This document shows, one piece after another, positions 27,578-40,549 of a stretch of 64,000 nt of DNA. Source of the DNA: Callorhinchus milii (taxonomy: Eukaryota). The stretch lies in assembly GCF_018977255.1 (NCBI RefSeq), contig NW_024704742.1, positions 113,214,001 through 113,278,000 on the forward strand. The letters are read 5' to 3'. The notes beneath the pieces were generated by a model. The model had not been told where the DNA came from, did no database searches, and saw only the letters and a list, made by a program, of their open reading frames with translations. Positions within the stretch are counted from its first letter, which is position 1. Each line of letters begins with the position of its first letter. A program made the position numbers and the translations under genes.

Positions 27578-27899
27578 TGGAGTCCTGGAGCTCAGTGGTT
27601 AGAGCACTTGCTTTGCAAGCGAGAGATCTGAGTTCAATTCCAGGCAGGGCGAAACCTTGGGCAAGTTTCCTTACTCCACATGCCTAATAATAATCCCTCC
27701 AAAACCAAAACCAATAATAAATTGGTCATTTTCAACCTACGACTGTTTGTGGGACATTGCTGTGCGCAATTGGCTGCTGCGTTCGCCCACAAATATACAG
27801 TCAATTCACTTTACAGTGTGTTCTGTGAAGCGCTTTGGTACGTCCTCCCGACGTGAAAAGCGCTATATCAAATGCAAGGATTATTATTATTATTATAAT
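27578..27899 (+). mobile_element. tRNA-derived SINE, full-length short form
   Basis: tggagtcctggagctcagtggttagagc...aaatgcaaggattattattat. Confidence 0.93.
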
Positions 27900-28295
27900 C
27901 CTGGCACCTTTTCCATCGGATAAACATCTCAAAGGTCTTCACTGGATATACTAAGAAGAACCGTGATTGTGTATTTTGTAGGCAAATCTGGTAACCGATT
28001 TGCACACAGTAGTGCCCCACAACCAGCCATGAAGTGAATAATCAGTTGTATTTGGGAGTTGTTGGCCAAGAGATCGGGAAAACTTCCTTCTTTTTTTGAA
28101 TAGTGCCATGGGATTTTTAACATCCACCTGAACAGACAGATGGGATCTCAGTTTGACATCAACCAAAAGATGGCACCTCCAACAATGCTTTGGATTGTCA
28201 TAGACTATGTGAGTGCAGTGTCCTGACATGGGGCTGCAACCCACAGCTTTCTGCCTTGCAGGTGAAAGTGCCAACAACAAATGAGCCAGGCTGAC
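27900..28295 (-). mobile_element. Old Deu-type (SacSINE1-like) SINE
   Basis: gaatagtgccatgggatttttaacatccacctga is the reverse complement of the Deu core; head near 28230-28290. Confidence 0.75.
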
Positions 28296-29424
28296 ACTAA
28301 TGTGGTAATTTAGACTTTGAACCAACTTTCACCTGACCGATTTGAAATTTCTCTTCCCCAACTCTTGCTTCATTGCTAATGTATTTTACTTACTCGGCAG
28401 AGTTAAAAAAAAAACAAAGGCTATTGAAGTTCAATTCTTAATTATTTAAGTGGTGTGATAGTGGCACCCGGTCTAAATTGTGGGTTGGGTTAATTTATGC
28501 AAATGTCATTGTACAGAGGAATTGCAGGGGACTTTAATTTCTAAGGTAAGAATCAATCAAAGAATCTTTACCTTGGATGTTAATTACATAATTCAGGGCA
28601 CCTTTATGTATTTGCGCAGATTTAGTCCAAAACTCGTATTAGACTCCAGGAACTATTGGGGTCTGTTTTTGTAGATGAGTCTAGGCCACATCTCTTACAT
28701 TTCATTTACCATTTGGGATTCAGTAAAGGAAAATAAATGTTTTAAGATAAGCGCAAAAGCCAGAATGTACTTGTGATTTTAAGCTGTTTGAGCTGATGAT
28801 GGAATCCAACACCGTTGATTAAAGCTTGAGCTGTGATCTTCAAATTCTGGAGTTCTGTCTGACTTTATTTTAAACCTAGTTCAATTTAAAGGATTATGGT
28901 TGTGTTCAATCTCAGGTCCCTATAGGTGAAAATAAGTGTTATTAAAGTAGTATTTTAAAATAAGTTATATTTAATAAAATACTAGCTCCAGGTCGTTGTT
29001 GATAGAGAAATGTGTCCTGTATTGGTAATTGATAGCCTGTTTTCTCATTAGAAACTCTATATTTTGGTTCCAGAGGTATGGAACTGAAATTGTAAGGAGG
29101 TTTGAATTCAAACTCACTCAGTGCTTTAAATATACATGTGAATATGGAGAAAAGGGAAGAAAATCAACTGTGAGTGTGAAGCATCTATGTGTTTCTTGAT
29201 GCCTTGGTTTGCTGCCATTCAATTTGAATGGGGGTCAGCAATGCAAAATGGCAGAGTGCTGTTCAGGCTGGTTTACTTGCTGCGTTCCACTAGTTGAAAT
29301 GGCAAAGATGGACACAACACAAGTAAAGAATGAGGCAGAAAAAGTAGGAAGGCAATATAGGAATGAGATTGAGAAATGAAAGCAAGATAAGGAAGAAAAA
29401 ATTCCATGTGAAAATAGAATAACA

Positions 29425-29515
29425 TAAGGGTCATAGACCTGAAATGTTGACTCACTTTCCTTTCTCCATAGATGCTGCCTGACCTGCTGAGTGTTCCCAG
29501 CTCTCTCTGTTTTTG
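29425..29515 (+). mobile_element. Possible Penelope-like terminal fragment (common chondrichthyan repeat)
   Basis: agggtcatagacctgaaatgttgactc...atagatgctgcctgacctgctgagtgttcccagc, recognised from memory; weaker relatives near 13650-13745 (-) and 14040-14090. Confidence 0.35.
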
Positions 29516-30475
29516 TGTAATAATAATAATCCTTGCATTTCATAGAGCGCTGTATCATATGGTCCAGGAATTCCCAAATGTTGTGGGTCAAGGCTCCTCC
29601 AGGACATAAGGTTGATGACCACCACTCACATATACCCCACACACACTCACACTAGGGCTGCTCAGGCTTCCTTCTCTCACAGCCTCCACAAAGGACAAAA
29701 GGTCTTACTGAAATACCTTGCACTGGAAGCATGAGAACACGCCTTTCTTATCTGATCATCGGACTGCGCTGGCTTCCACAGTCCAGCTGGGCTTCCATAT
29801 CCTTGTGTCTCTCAGCTTTGCACCCCCCACTGGGAACCGCTGACATATTCGGCCGTCTCAAAGCTCTTCACAGGATATACAGTAAAGTAGAATATGTGTT
29901 TTGTGGGTGAAGTGGATAGAAATGAGAGAAGAGTGACTGCTCATTTTTCATGTCACCAGTGTGTCATATGTGGGGCATTCTGCAGACTCTGGCTATTACA
30001 TTTGGAATTGCACTGATAGAATGGGGTGGAATTTCTCTTGAGGAACAAAGAAACAGGAGTGAGCAGTGAGACTGCTCTGCCAAATTATTAGTTTATGGGT
30101 GCTCTTTATCTTACCAATTCCATTTTCTTCCCTTTTCTCTGTGTCCCTGATCTCCTGTGTAGCAACTTTGACAGTGCAATACAAAAAGCATTGTTAGGCA
30201 ATGAAAGAAACGCACTGTGACTTAAAACTGTTTTCTTTGCAGGGTAACTCATTTCTGCTATGCCGACTCACAAGTCCTCTGCTCTGATCAGAGATTACCT
30301 TGGCTCTGAGGGCACCGAGTTAATGTGGTGAACGTGAGAATTCACTGCAGAAAACAGTTTTCATTGAGGGGCACGTTTTCTGGTGGTGAGATTTCAGTGA
30401 CTCGGCTGCTTTCCTGAGGAGAACTTTTTAAATGTCACTTTGTGCTTATAAATTGCGATATTTAGTGTCAATACC

Positions 30476-30750
30476 ATCACAATAAATTGTATTTATATAG
30501 CTCTCTTTTTGAAGGATAGTGTCTTGGAATGCTGTATAGTGACAGGGCTGCATACCAAGCAAGGGAGAAAGGGGAGGGGGAGGTGACCATAAGCACGGTC
30601 AAAGAGCTGCGCCTTCAGTTGGGATTTAAAGATAGCTAAAGAGGGGGAGAAGCGGAAAGATTGATGCAGGGAGTTACAAAATTATGGGCATCGTGACTGA
30701 AGTCATGGCCATTGGTGTTGGTGCAGAGGAGGTCAGGTGTTGTGCATCAT
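30476..30750 (-). mobile_element. Old L2 3' fragment
   Basis: Reverse tail ttgtatttatatagc followed by aagcacggtcaaagag. Confidence 0.55.
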
Positions 30751-31233
30751 CCTTAGTTAGAAATTTCTTGCCCATATAAATTAGCCTGCAAAATAATGTT
30801 CTCTTGACGTGAAAGTCACAATATCAATTGCAAGGATTATTATTATAATTTGATTTGTAAAAGCTGCAAAATTGTACATAACTTACACGTCTGCATACTG
30901 TTGCAAATTCAGATCAAGCTCAGAGTAAAACATCATTCATCTTCATTCAGTATGCTGCATATAAATAGGTTTCTCCATCATCTTGACTTCATGGGAGGAA
31001 ATCATGTCTCTCTTTAGTAATTTATTGCCATGCTATCCAGCTGACCCTACTCCACAAAGCTACATACATCCAATCGTCCTTTAACAGGTTGCATTTGGGT
31101 AGATGTAAGAAGATAAATCCCAAGAGAGGGCCATGCCCTATATTTTATGGAATCAGTCTCTGAAATTCAGTGGAGTGGAGTGTTAAAACATACTGTGGTT
31201 AAGTTAGATTCTAAAAGAGATAAACAATTTTAA

Positions 31234-31438
31234 AATAATAATAATAATCCTTGCATTTGATATAGCGCTTTTCACGTCTTCTAGACGTCTCAAAGCGCTT
31301 CACAGAATATACTGTAAAGTGAATTGGCTGTATATTTGAGGGAGAACGCGGCAGCCAATTGTGCACAGCAGTGTCCCACAAACAGTCGTGGATTGAAAAT
31401 GACCAATTTATTATTGTTTGGTTTTGGAGGGATTATTA
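31234..31438 (-). mobile_element. tRNA-derived SINE, headless 3' part
   Basis: Matches the 3' two-thirds of the 48679 copy. Confidence 0.88.
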
Positions 31439-31767
31439 TGCAATAGATTGTAGTGAATCGTAAAGACAACCACATTTTTTAAAAAAAGCAAAGAGGAACA
31501 TTGAATTAAGACAGTTTGGAAGGTCTGAGTCATCAGAAAGAAAATGGACTTTGTGATCGAATCAGAAATGGTAAATCTTCTCTGACTAACCTCACAGACC
31601 TTATTTTTAAGTGGTGTCCAAATTGATGGTGGGAAGCATTATCATGTAGTGGTACCCAGACTTCCAAAAGGCACTGGACAAAATACCACATGACAAGCTC
31701 CTTTGCAAGCTGATGTCACTGAATATTAAGAGCAAGACATGGACAAGGATGTAAATTGGTTTAAGAG

Positions 31768-32175
31768 AATAATAATTCTTATATTTGTTATAGTGCCTTT
31801 CACTTCATGAGGATGTCTCAAAAGTTCTTCAGGATATATTGCAAAGGGTAATGATTGTGTTATTTTGTAGGTAAAAACAGCAGCTAATTTGCACACAGCA
31901 GTGTCCCACAAACAGTCATGAAGTCAATGACCAATTTAATCTGGGGAGTTATTGTCCAGGACACAGGGAAAAACTCTTTTTGAACACTGTCATGGGATCT
32001 TTAATATCCACTTGAAAAGGCAGAGGGGGCCTCAGTTTAATGTCTCATTCGATGGCCAGCACACTCCAGCACTGCAATGGAATGTCATCCTTGGCTGTGG
32101 ATTCATAATCTCGATGTGGGGAACCCACAATCTTTTGACCCAGAGGTAAAAGTGCTACCAATTGAGTCAGACTAA
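31768..32175 (-). mobile_element. Old Deu-type SINE, near full length
   Basis: Tail, Deu core (catgggatctttaatatccac) and head occur in order. Confidence 0.75.
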
Positions 32176-32377
32176 CCTACAAAGAAAGCAATGAGTAGAT
32201 GTAAGTGGAGCTAGGTCAAAAAGGCAAGGAGGTGCTAAGCAGGCTGCTCAGGGTTTTATTATAATAATAATAATCTTTGCATTTGATATAGTGAGATGTC
32301 TCAAAGCACCACAGAATATACTGTAAAGTGAATTGACTGTATATTTTGTGGGCAAAATGCAGCAGGTAACTGGTAAC

Positions 32378-33203
32378 CCACCTCCTCCTTGTATATGTTA
32401 ATGACTTGGATCTGTAGACCCAATGTAACATAGCTAAATTGATAGATACAGTAGTATTGGCAGGAGTTCAGTATCTCCATGGATACATATTCCATTTCAT
32501 CAAGCCAGTCAGGAACATGGTGTCTTGTTCAACCCTCAACTGTCCTTTCTCCTCCATGTCCATGCCACAACCCACTCTGCCTTCCCCCACCTCTGCAACA
32601 TTGCCCGACTCCGCCACTGCCTCACCCCTCAAGCCTCTGAAACTCTCTTACATACATTCGTCACCTCAAAGCTCAACTATGGAAACTCCCTCCTTGTTGC
32701 CCTCCCCAACTCTTCCCTCCACAAGCTGCAGGTCTTCCAGAACTCTGCATCTCATGTCCTCTCCTGCACCAGACTCCGTGACCCCATCACCTCCACCCTC
32801 GCCCAGCTCCACTGGCTCCCCATCTCTCAGAGGATAGAATTCAAAATCCTCGTCCTCACTTTTAATGTCATCCACGGCCTTGCCCCCTCCTACCTCTTTG
32901 ACCTGCTATCTTACTATCAACCTGTCCGCTCCTTCCGTTAAGCAGGCTCCAGCCTGCTCCGTATCTCCTGCCCGACCCGCCCTACCATCAGCGGCCTGCT
33001 TTCAGCCTCTCTGCCCCCACCCTTTGGAACTCCATCCCACAATCCCTTTGCCTTGCTCCCTCCCTTTCCCTCCTTTAGGCATGTCTCAAGATCCTCCTTT
33101 TTGACCATGCCTTTAGCCACGCTCGGGTCCTGATCCCCGACTGTTCAGCGCCTTGGGACATCCTCCTGGCCCGAAAGGCACTTTACAAATGTTGTTGTTG
33201 TTG
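32378..33203 (+). mobile_element. L2 LINE 3' portion
   Basis: Translation HLCNIARLRHCLTPQASETLLHTFVTSKLNYGNSLL..LHWLPISQRIEFKILVLTF; (GTT)n tail. Confidence 0.92.
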
Positions 33204-36200
33204 AGTTATGAAATTAGAAGAAACAGAAAAGTTCCTACAAAGGATGCTTGATAGGGTATGATCATGGTCTAATGAATGGTAAATGAAGTTGAATGCAAAT
33301 AAATGCTAGGTGCTAAATATAGGAAATTAGAATATGAACCAAATATCCTTCTTGGATATGATACAATTTGTTGAACAGGAAGCTGAAAGATACTTGACTG
33401 GTTGCTCACCATGTCAAAACAGTGTGAAGCAGCAATAAACAAGACAAGCAGGATGCTGAGCTTTATTGTTGACATAAGGAAGCAATCCAGACTCTAGAGC
33501 CAATGGAAAGGAGAGCAACAAGGGTGATCCCTACTGTTAGCGGAATGAGTGAGTATCAATGAACAGACCAGCAAAACTCTTCAGCCTTGAAAAGAGACTC
33601 CTCAGAAGAGACTTTTTCGGGGGTTTTAGATTTTAAATGGAATTGAGAAAGTAAACTCGGAGCAATATTTGCAGACATACCAGGGCAGAAGAACAAAAGG
33701 AGATAGGCTTAGGGTAGCAAAGACCTTTTCCGGACAGCGACCAGGAAATATATTTTTATCCAGTCGGTTATTAATGCGGAAAATAGGTTCCCAGGAAGGT
33801 TGGTCGAGGCCAGAACACTGGGTTAATTCAAGAAACAGCTTGAGGCTGTCATGGGAGAATGGTTCACAGGGAATTGCTGTTAGGTGTAGTGACTGTGTAT
33901 TTGTTGGTTATTCAATATGTACATCAGATTTGAGTAACAGTAAAGAGTTGCCCAAAACAGAAATCTAATTTCCAAGAAATAAAGAGTATCTATAAATAAT
34001 AGTAAATAATAATCCTTACATTTGGTCCAGTGCCTTTCACAGCAAGTGGAAGTCTCAAAAGACTTCACAGAATACATTGTAAAGTGGAGTGGCTTTTTTT
34101 TAGGTGAAACTGGGAATTATTCAGCCTGAAAGGATGTTAGTAAGATAGTATCAGTTCTCAAAATATCACTTCAACAAATCTTACTCATCATCTAATAAAC
34201 CTGAACCTTCATGATTTCATTCAGTAATTTAATGGCTGGAAGTTTACATGTTATCAGTAATGGCGATCCCAGGAAAATGGCTTGTTCAGGACTTGAAATT
34301 ATGGATTGAACTGATACTTGAAATGGACCTTCACACGATTAACTGGTTACTGTAGACCAAATATAAAGCAGAGACAGTGCCTTTCTCTCCTCTCATTGTG
34401 GCAGAAGTAGCAAACCTTGTTTATATCTTGTTTTCCATTTGAATCAGATGAAACGTCTTTCTTTGGATACAATGATGTTAAAGTTTTCTGACTTGAATGT
34501 AGCAGAAGCAGTCAACATATCTAATCTCTTTGCACTGAACATTCAATTTGCATTTTTAAAAACACTGGGTTTTCCAAGGAATAAGTTCCTAATAGTAGGT
34601 TTTTATTAAAGGGTCATATTCTGTGAATTGAATTTATCTGGAAGCTGTTGCCATTTAATTGTTTAAAATCTTCAACTTGTCACAAGAAGGGGTGTAAGGA
34701 TAGGTTGTGAACCATCTAAAAAGGGGAAAAGGCAATTCACAAGATAAATAGGGAATGACGCTTAAGAGTTGTAACCGTAAAACTAGAGTTAAGCTGGTTA
34801 CAAGGGAATCTAGAAAATAAAAGGACTGTGAGAATGTGGAATGCACTGCCCTAGAAGACCTTAGTTGAACAATCATTGAGATGGTTAGGAGATAGTTGGT
34901 ACTTGGGAAATAGCTCTATGGAGGAAAGATTGGACCTGGGATTTGAAAGATAAAGAGCTGCTGTGAACTAATACAATAATGGAGCAAGAGTGATAAGCCA
35001 CATTATTTGCCCCTGTTCCAAAGTTTATACAATAAAAGAATGAGGAAGTTCAAGCCTACAGAAGGTTGTGTTATATAACCATTCTAAATCAAGAGAATGC
35101 GGTGACTGAAACACATTGACAAAACGATGGTCACTCAAAACCGAATCCAGCTTCCTTTTTTAAGCAAATGAAGATGTGGTCGGACAGGTTTTAAATGCCT
35201 TTTTTTAAAAAAAACCTTTGATGTCTTAATCTAATGCTTGAAAAAGCCTGTAATGACTCTAAATTGTGCCAGTGGAGTAAAGTAACAGTTGTCTGAAGAT
35301 TCTATACATGCTTTAGAATTTTTTTACACTTCCATCAAGGCTTATTTAGCTGATTCGGTCAAATTCTGCTGACCTTTAATCACTGCACTGGCTGGAGTCA
35401 TAAGGAATTACTGCTTTTGTTCTGTTCTCCATGTGATAAATGACACTGTAAAATTGAGTGATACAGTGCTGTTCGTTTCTTTTAACTACTTTACCCACCA
35501 AGCTCCTTACTCCACAGATTTCTACATTGCCCCTAAGAGTTGAATATACTGATGGTAAACACAGTCCAACAGAGTAATTAGTTTTCCTTCTCAATAGTAG
35601 TTCAATTTGATCATTTTGTCAGTACATCATTTATTCCTTCCTCAAGGGTATAATAACGTTTTTCAAGGCTTAAAAGGAAATGAAGGACTTTATGAATCCA
35701 TCAGCAATCTGTATTGAGAATGTACCTGTGAATGAGGAAATAGCTTTCTGAAAGCAGTAAAACAATGGCCGAATTAGTCCAACATTACTTTACTGATATA
35801 GTGTTGATTCTGTCGATGCAGCAGTGCTACTTCTGAGTCCTTCCAGGTTTAACTGAGTTTAATCCTTCCAGAGTTGGGGTAGAGTAGGAATTAGAAAATG
35901 AGTGGAAATAGTCATAACAAATTGAGCAGATTATTATTTTTACCCCAAAAAACATGAATCCAGTTAACTAAGATTAGTCAACCCTGGGATGAGCCTACTT
36001 TTAGCTCTAAATAAATCTGCTTAAATTGGTTCTGGGAGGATGGGGGGGATGCAGCATGTGATATTATGACCAATAATGTCTCTTGTCTTATTATCACCAT
36101 TAATAATAATAGCGACAGTGATAATGATCACATTGACCAAAAACTTTACCAAAAGTCATCACTTGCCTCACCCACACTCTAAGGTAAATGATAACTAATG

Positions 36201-36941
36201 GCTGTGTTTCACTATATTTGGAGTCACCAGTTATAATATTACATGCAATTTCATATTGAGAAGTTGTCCCTACACGCTTAACAATATTTGCTTGGCACCC
36301 AAGCTCGTGATGGGAGCCAAGGGGGAAGGGAAGGGGAAAGGTGGCTGAAAGCGCATTCAAAGGTAGTTTGAAAGGTAGTTTTATGTTTTATGTGCAAGAA
36401 AGAACAAAATACTTTCTTCATTGTACAGAAGAACCCAGTTATATTGCCCTTCAATATGGTGCTGCTTGGCGTTTAGGGTATGTCCACTGTGGACAATGTA
36501 ATACACAGGCTTCGGCCCTGACTAGGCGGCTTTTGTCATTAAAAATAGTCAACTACTGGGTTGTCAGGTGGCTGCTGATGTTGCTTCCTGCATGTTTTGT
36601 GGAGGAAGTGATGGCAGGTGCATTGCCTATGAATAGTGTGCAATAGCGCAATATGCAGGAAGTGATGTCAGGGACAGCAATTTTGTTACGCCTCTTATCC
36701 TCTTATATTGTGGCCACTGAGACACTGGACTCAGCTGACTACATCAATACAGGATTTCTCTTTGTTATTTGTGCTTTTCATGGTCAAACTTTGAACGGTT
36801 CAATGTGCAATTGCAGATTTTATATGAAAATGAGAATTGGTTTGCTAAAAATGTTGAAAAGCTTTAGAAAGCTAGAATAAATATGTTTGCTGCCGGCATC
36901 TATGCCTCAGTATTAATTGTCTGTTTTATTTTCATGTACAG

Positions 36942-37070
36942 GACCTTGTCAACCCAACCCATGTCACCATGGCGGGATGTGTGAAGTGAGTGACACCTAC
37001 CGCGGTGACACATTCATTGGATACATCTGCAGATGTCCCGAAGGATTCAATGGAATTCATTGTCAGCACA
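36942..37070 (+). CDS. EDIL3: EDIL3 exon 4, EGF-like domain 2 with RGD integrin-binding motif
   Basis: tacAG acceptor, A|GTAAGT donor, 129 nt. Encodes (G)[45 protein letters not shown] at 37001-37009. Confidence 0.97.
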
Positions 37071-37389
37071 GTAAGTTCAGCTCTGAAATCAATTTGTAGT
37101 TATCTGGGAAAGAAATACTGACATGATTAGGACTCCGACTGTATTATGAGTCAGATTTATTGGCCTCTGTAGAAATATGAATAGGCTGCAATATGTATGG
37201 GAGATTTGATGATCCTTACCAATCATTACCACCTGTATTATTATTAATAATAATATTTATATCTGATAAATAATAATATTCCTTTCATTTAGTATAAAGC
37301 CTTTCCCATCAGGATATAGTGTAATGTGAAATGACTGTGTTTTGTGGTTGAATACAACAGCTAATTGGTACATAGTAATATCACTCAAC

Positions 37390-37740
37390 AATAATAATCC
37401 TTGCATTTGATATAGCGCCTTATCACTTTTTCACAGAAATACTGTAAAGTACTGTATAGTGAATTGACTGTATATTTTGTGGAGCGAAACGCAGGAGCCA
37501 ATTACACACAACAGTGTCCCTCAAACAGTTGTAGATTGAGTGACCAAATTATTTTTTTTAAAGGAATTATTATCCCAGAAAAGTGATCCCATCAATCAAC
37601 TAACAACTGGGATCCTACTTACTGCGAGGTAAACAGAGGCATGTAAAAACTTGTCCAAATGTTTCCCCCTGCCCGGGAATCAAACCAAGGTCCTCTCGCT
37701 TGTGAGGCGAGCGCTCTAACCACTGAGCTACAGGACTCCA
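37390..37740 (-). mobile_element. tRNA-derived SINE, long form, near full length
   Basis: Head ...gctacaggactcca, the extra block gatcctacttactgcgaggtaaacagagg, and (ATT)n tail. Confidence 0.87.
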
Positions 37741-38129
37741 CAGTCACGAAGCGAATGACCAATTATTTTAGTTGTGCCTAGTAACACTAAAAATTGTGAA
37801 GTGCTTCACAGGATATACAGTAAAGTGTATTTTTGGGATGAATACTTATATATAAGAAAAAATGGTTGGATCTCATTATAAGGAAGGATGTGATTAAACA
37901 GCAAAGAAATGTAACAAAACGGTAGCAGCTGCAATGGAAAACTGTTTTTCAGATTAGCAAACAAGGTCCAACAGATGCTTCAGGGGTTTCACACAGTAAA
38001 ACCCTCTTCATTATCACAAACATTCACTTATATTGGTTAGGGGGAGGGGTGAACCCTAGCACTTACAGTACTTACTTAACAAAATCCAAATGTGGATATA
38101 AACCTTTCTGCCTCCAGAATGGATGATAT

Positions 38130-38445
38130 GCTGTCGTGTAGCATTTTTAGGCAGACATGGCAGTTAATTTGTGCATAGGAATGTCCCGAGTGACATTTTA
38201 AAGTGAATAATCAATTTATCGGGAGATTTTAGGTCAAGACATTCCATACTATTTTTGAATAGTGCCAAAGGATATTTAGCATCCACCTAAATAAGCAAAC
38301 AGGGCATCAGTTTAACATCTCTTCTGAAGGACAGTACCTTCAGGTATTGTGATAGAGTGTCAGCCCCAGACTATGAGCTCAAAGCCCTGATATGAAGGAT
38401 ACAATCTTCTGACCCAAAGATGAGCATGCTACCAGCTTAGCAAGG
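38130..38445 (-). mobile_element. Old Deu-type SINE
   Basis: gaatagtgccaaaggatatttagcatccacct...gtgtcagcc. Confidence 0.6.
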
Positions 38446-40549
38446 GTGATATCTACTTTGTTGTACCTAACTTGTTTCTATGCAGTGTTGATTTACAAAT
38501 TACAAATTAGGACAGATCTATTGAATGGTTACTTTTACATGGATGGGGATATATATTGTATGGGACATTTAGGAGGAAATACAAAGTCCATCGAAAAGTA
38601 TCAATATTACTGCATGGATGCTATGAAAAGTAACTAGTTATAAGGAAACATTGCTTGTGCCAAGTATCAATTCTTAATACAGCATGTAACATGGTTCTGC
38701 ATTGTATTTATACAGCATTTTCTTCTTGAAAGAAAATTAATCACAGAGAGAGAAACAAATGTAATATTGTACTCTTATATTTTCATCTGACAGAACAAGA
38801 ATAATAATGGGGATATTCCAGACATATTCTAAAACTTTCACACAACCAATATCGGTGCTAATTTAAAAAATATTAATGGCTCTAAAAAGACCCAGAATTT
38901 CACAGTAAATTTCGCATAGATTAACAGTAAACGCCATTAATAGCTCAAACTGAATGGATTAACCATTACAAGAATATGTTATGTAATAAAAACTGTATTA
39001 TGTGCTTACAATTTACCACATGTAATGAACAGTGCTGGCAATTCTTTAAAAAAGGTCATAAGTCTCTGTGCTCCAAACAACAACAAAATGATTGTAAGGG
39101 ACATGTGATGAATTAATCATTTTATTCTGAGACGTTGAATATGTAGAATATCTAACCTGAGTCTACAATGTTCATAATTACTGACTTTTAGTCTGCTAGT
39201 CAATAAGAATAAGAATAGCAAATGTTAGTAGAATGGAATTGTGCACCATACTGTTTCGTTTCAGTCAGCAAAGTTTGCGCTACTGGACGCTGCTTATTTC
39301 TGATTAAATCATTTTCAAAGTGGCAATTTGCTGGAAACACCTTGAAAAACTTGGACCATTGACAGCATCACTGTTGTCAATTGCTTCAATCAGCACACGA
39401 ATCATCATTAAGCTTTCAATTGTCAGTTTCTAAAGTCATATTTAGGAACATGTGATCAAAAGTTTTCTTCACTCTCTGATAAATGTTCAGGCTCTCTTGC
39501 AGCTAACACTCACACTGTAGGTTCCTTGCTTACTGTTTGTTTTTGTACATACAATCCAGAGTTTGTTTGTGGTAATTTGCTAAAGATTTATTTTTCTGGG
39601 TAGGGCGCTGTTTTGCTTCAGCTAAGCAGATTTCTAAGTGAATATTCCACAATTCAGATGGATTCCCTGATATAGGAACATTATTGCTACCTAACATATA
39701 TCTGATGGCACTATCCATCTTTTTGGTATCATACATAAAGTTGATCATGATGTGCCTACAATCATACTACATGCACAATATCTACTGTCCTGAGAGATCC
39801 CTGAGAAACAAGATTATTTGACACTCACCAATAGTGGTCCCTGGGTGCCAATGTCCTGAGGTAGGTTAGAATGGATGATTTTACATTTATAGTTCAGCAG
39901 CTAAGAATGCAGAACACATCTCCCTCTTGATTGCCATGATTATCAGACATGGTGTCCGGTACATTCTTCATGTTTATTAGCACATTGTTTGCAGTGCTTC
40001 AGAGCAAATTGATGAACACCTTCAATAGGTGTGAGGTCTGACTATTTGAGTGATTGCAGAGGCAATAAATCTGGTTTATCTAGCAATAGACCCACCTTTC
40101 CACTTTTCATAACAAGGGGTTACCGGAATTTGTTGGAGATGAAATAGCACGCGATTGCTGGGATGCCAGTTTCCTTCTAGTTTCCTTATTTTCTCTCATA
40201 GCATAGATGATTCACAGCAAGATTGCAGTGGAACAGACGTTATTTTTAAACGCTCGGGTCACTTCCCTGCGTGAAGGACGATAAATAAATGCAAGTTGCT
40301 GTTGTTATTGCTTTGACTCTTTATGACTGAGGAAGACAATTTACTTGGTTATTCTGCTCCTCAACATCAACTAACCCATCAGCATCCCATCCAAGGATAT
40401 TCTTTGTAAAGCATTTTGAGACGCTGCTCTTTGTGGAAAGGTGCCATATAAAGACAAGTTGTTATCTTTCAACTCAGATGGAATTGACAAAAAGACCACA
40501 AGGCTTCCTCATGATGGCACAGCTCTTGAGTAGCCCAGTTTAGAATGGG

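Larger units (their letters stand above)
31480..33860 (+). mobile_element. Old CR1 ORF2 remnant (~31480-31765 and ~33205-33860) split by nested insertions
   Basis: gacttccaaaaggcactggacaaaataccacat (DFQKALDKIPH); resumes with ctacaaaggatgcttgatagg and gaatggtaaatgaagttgaatgcaaataaatgc (W.MK.NA.KC-like). Confidence 0.7.

Noticed and set aside
29420..29455. Hammerhead ribozyme in the Penelope-like fragment
   Set aside because: The CTGANGA core is missing here and degenerate at ~13730; not supportable as active.
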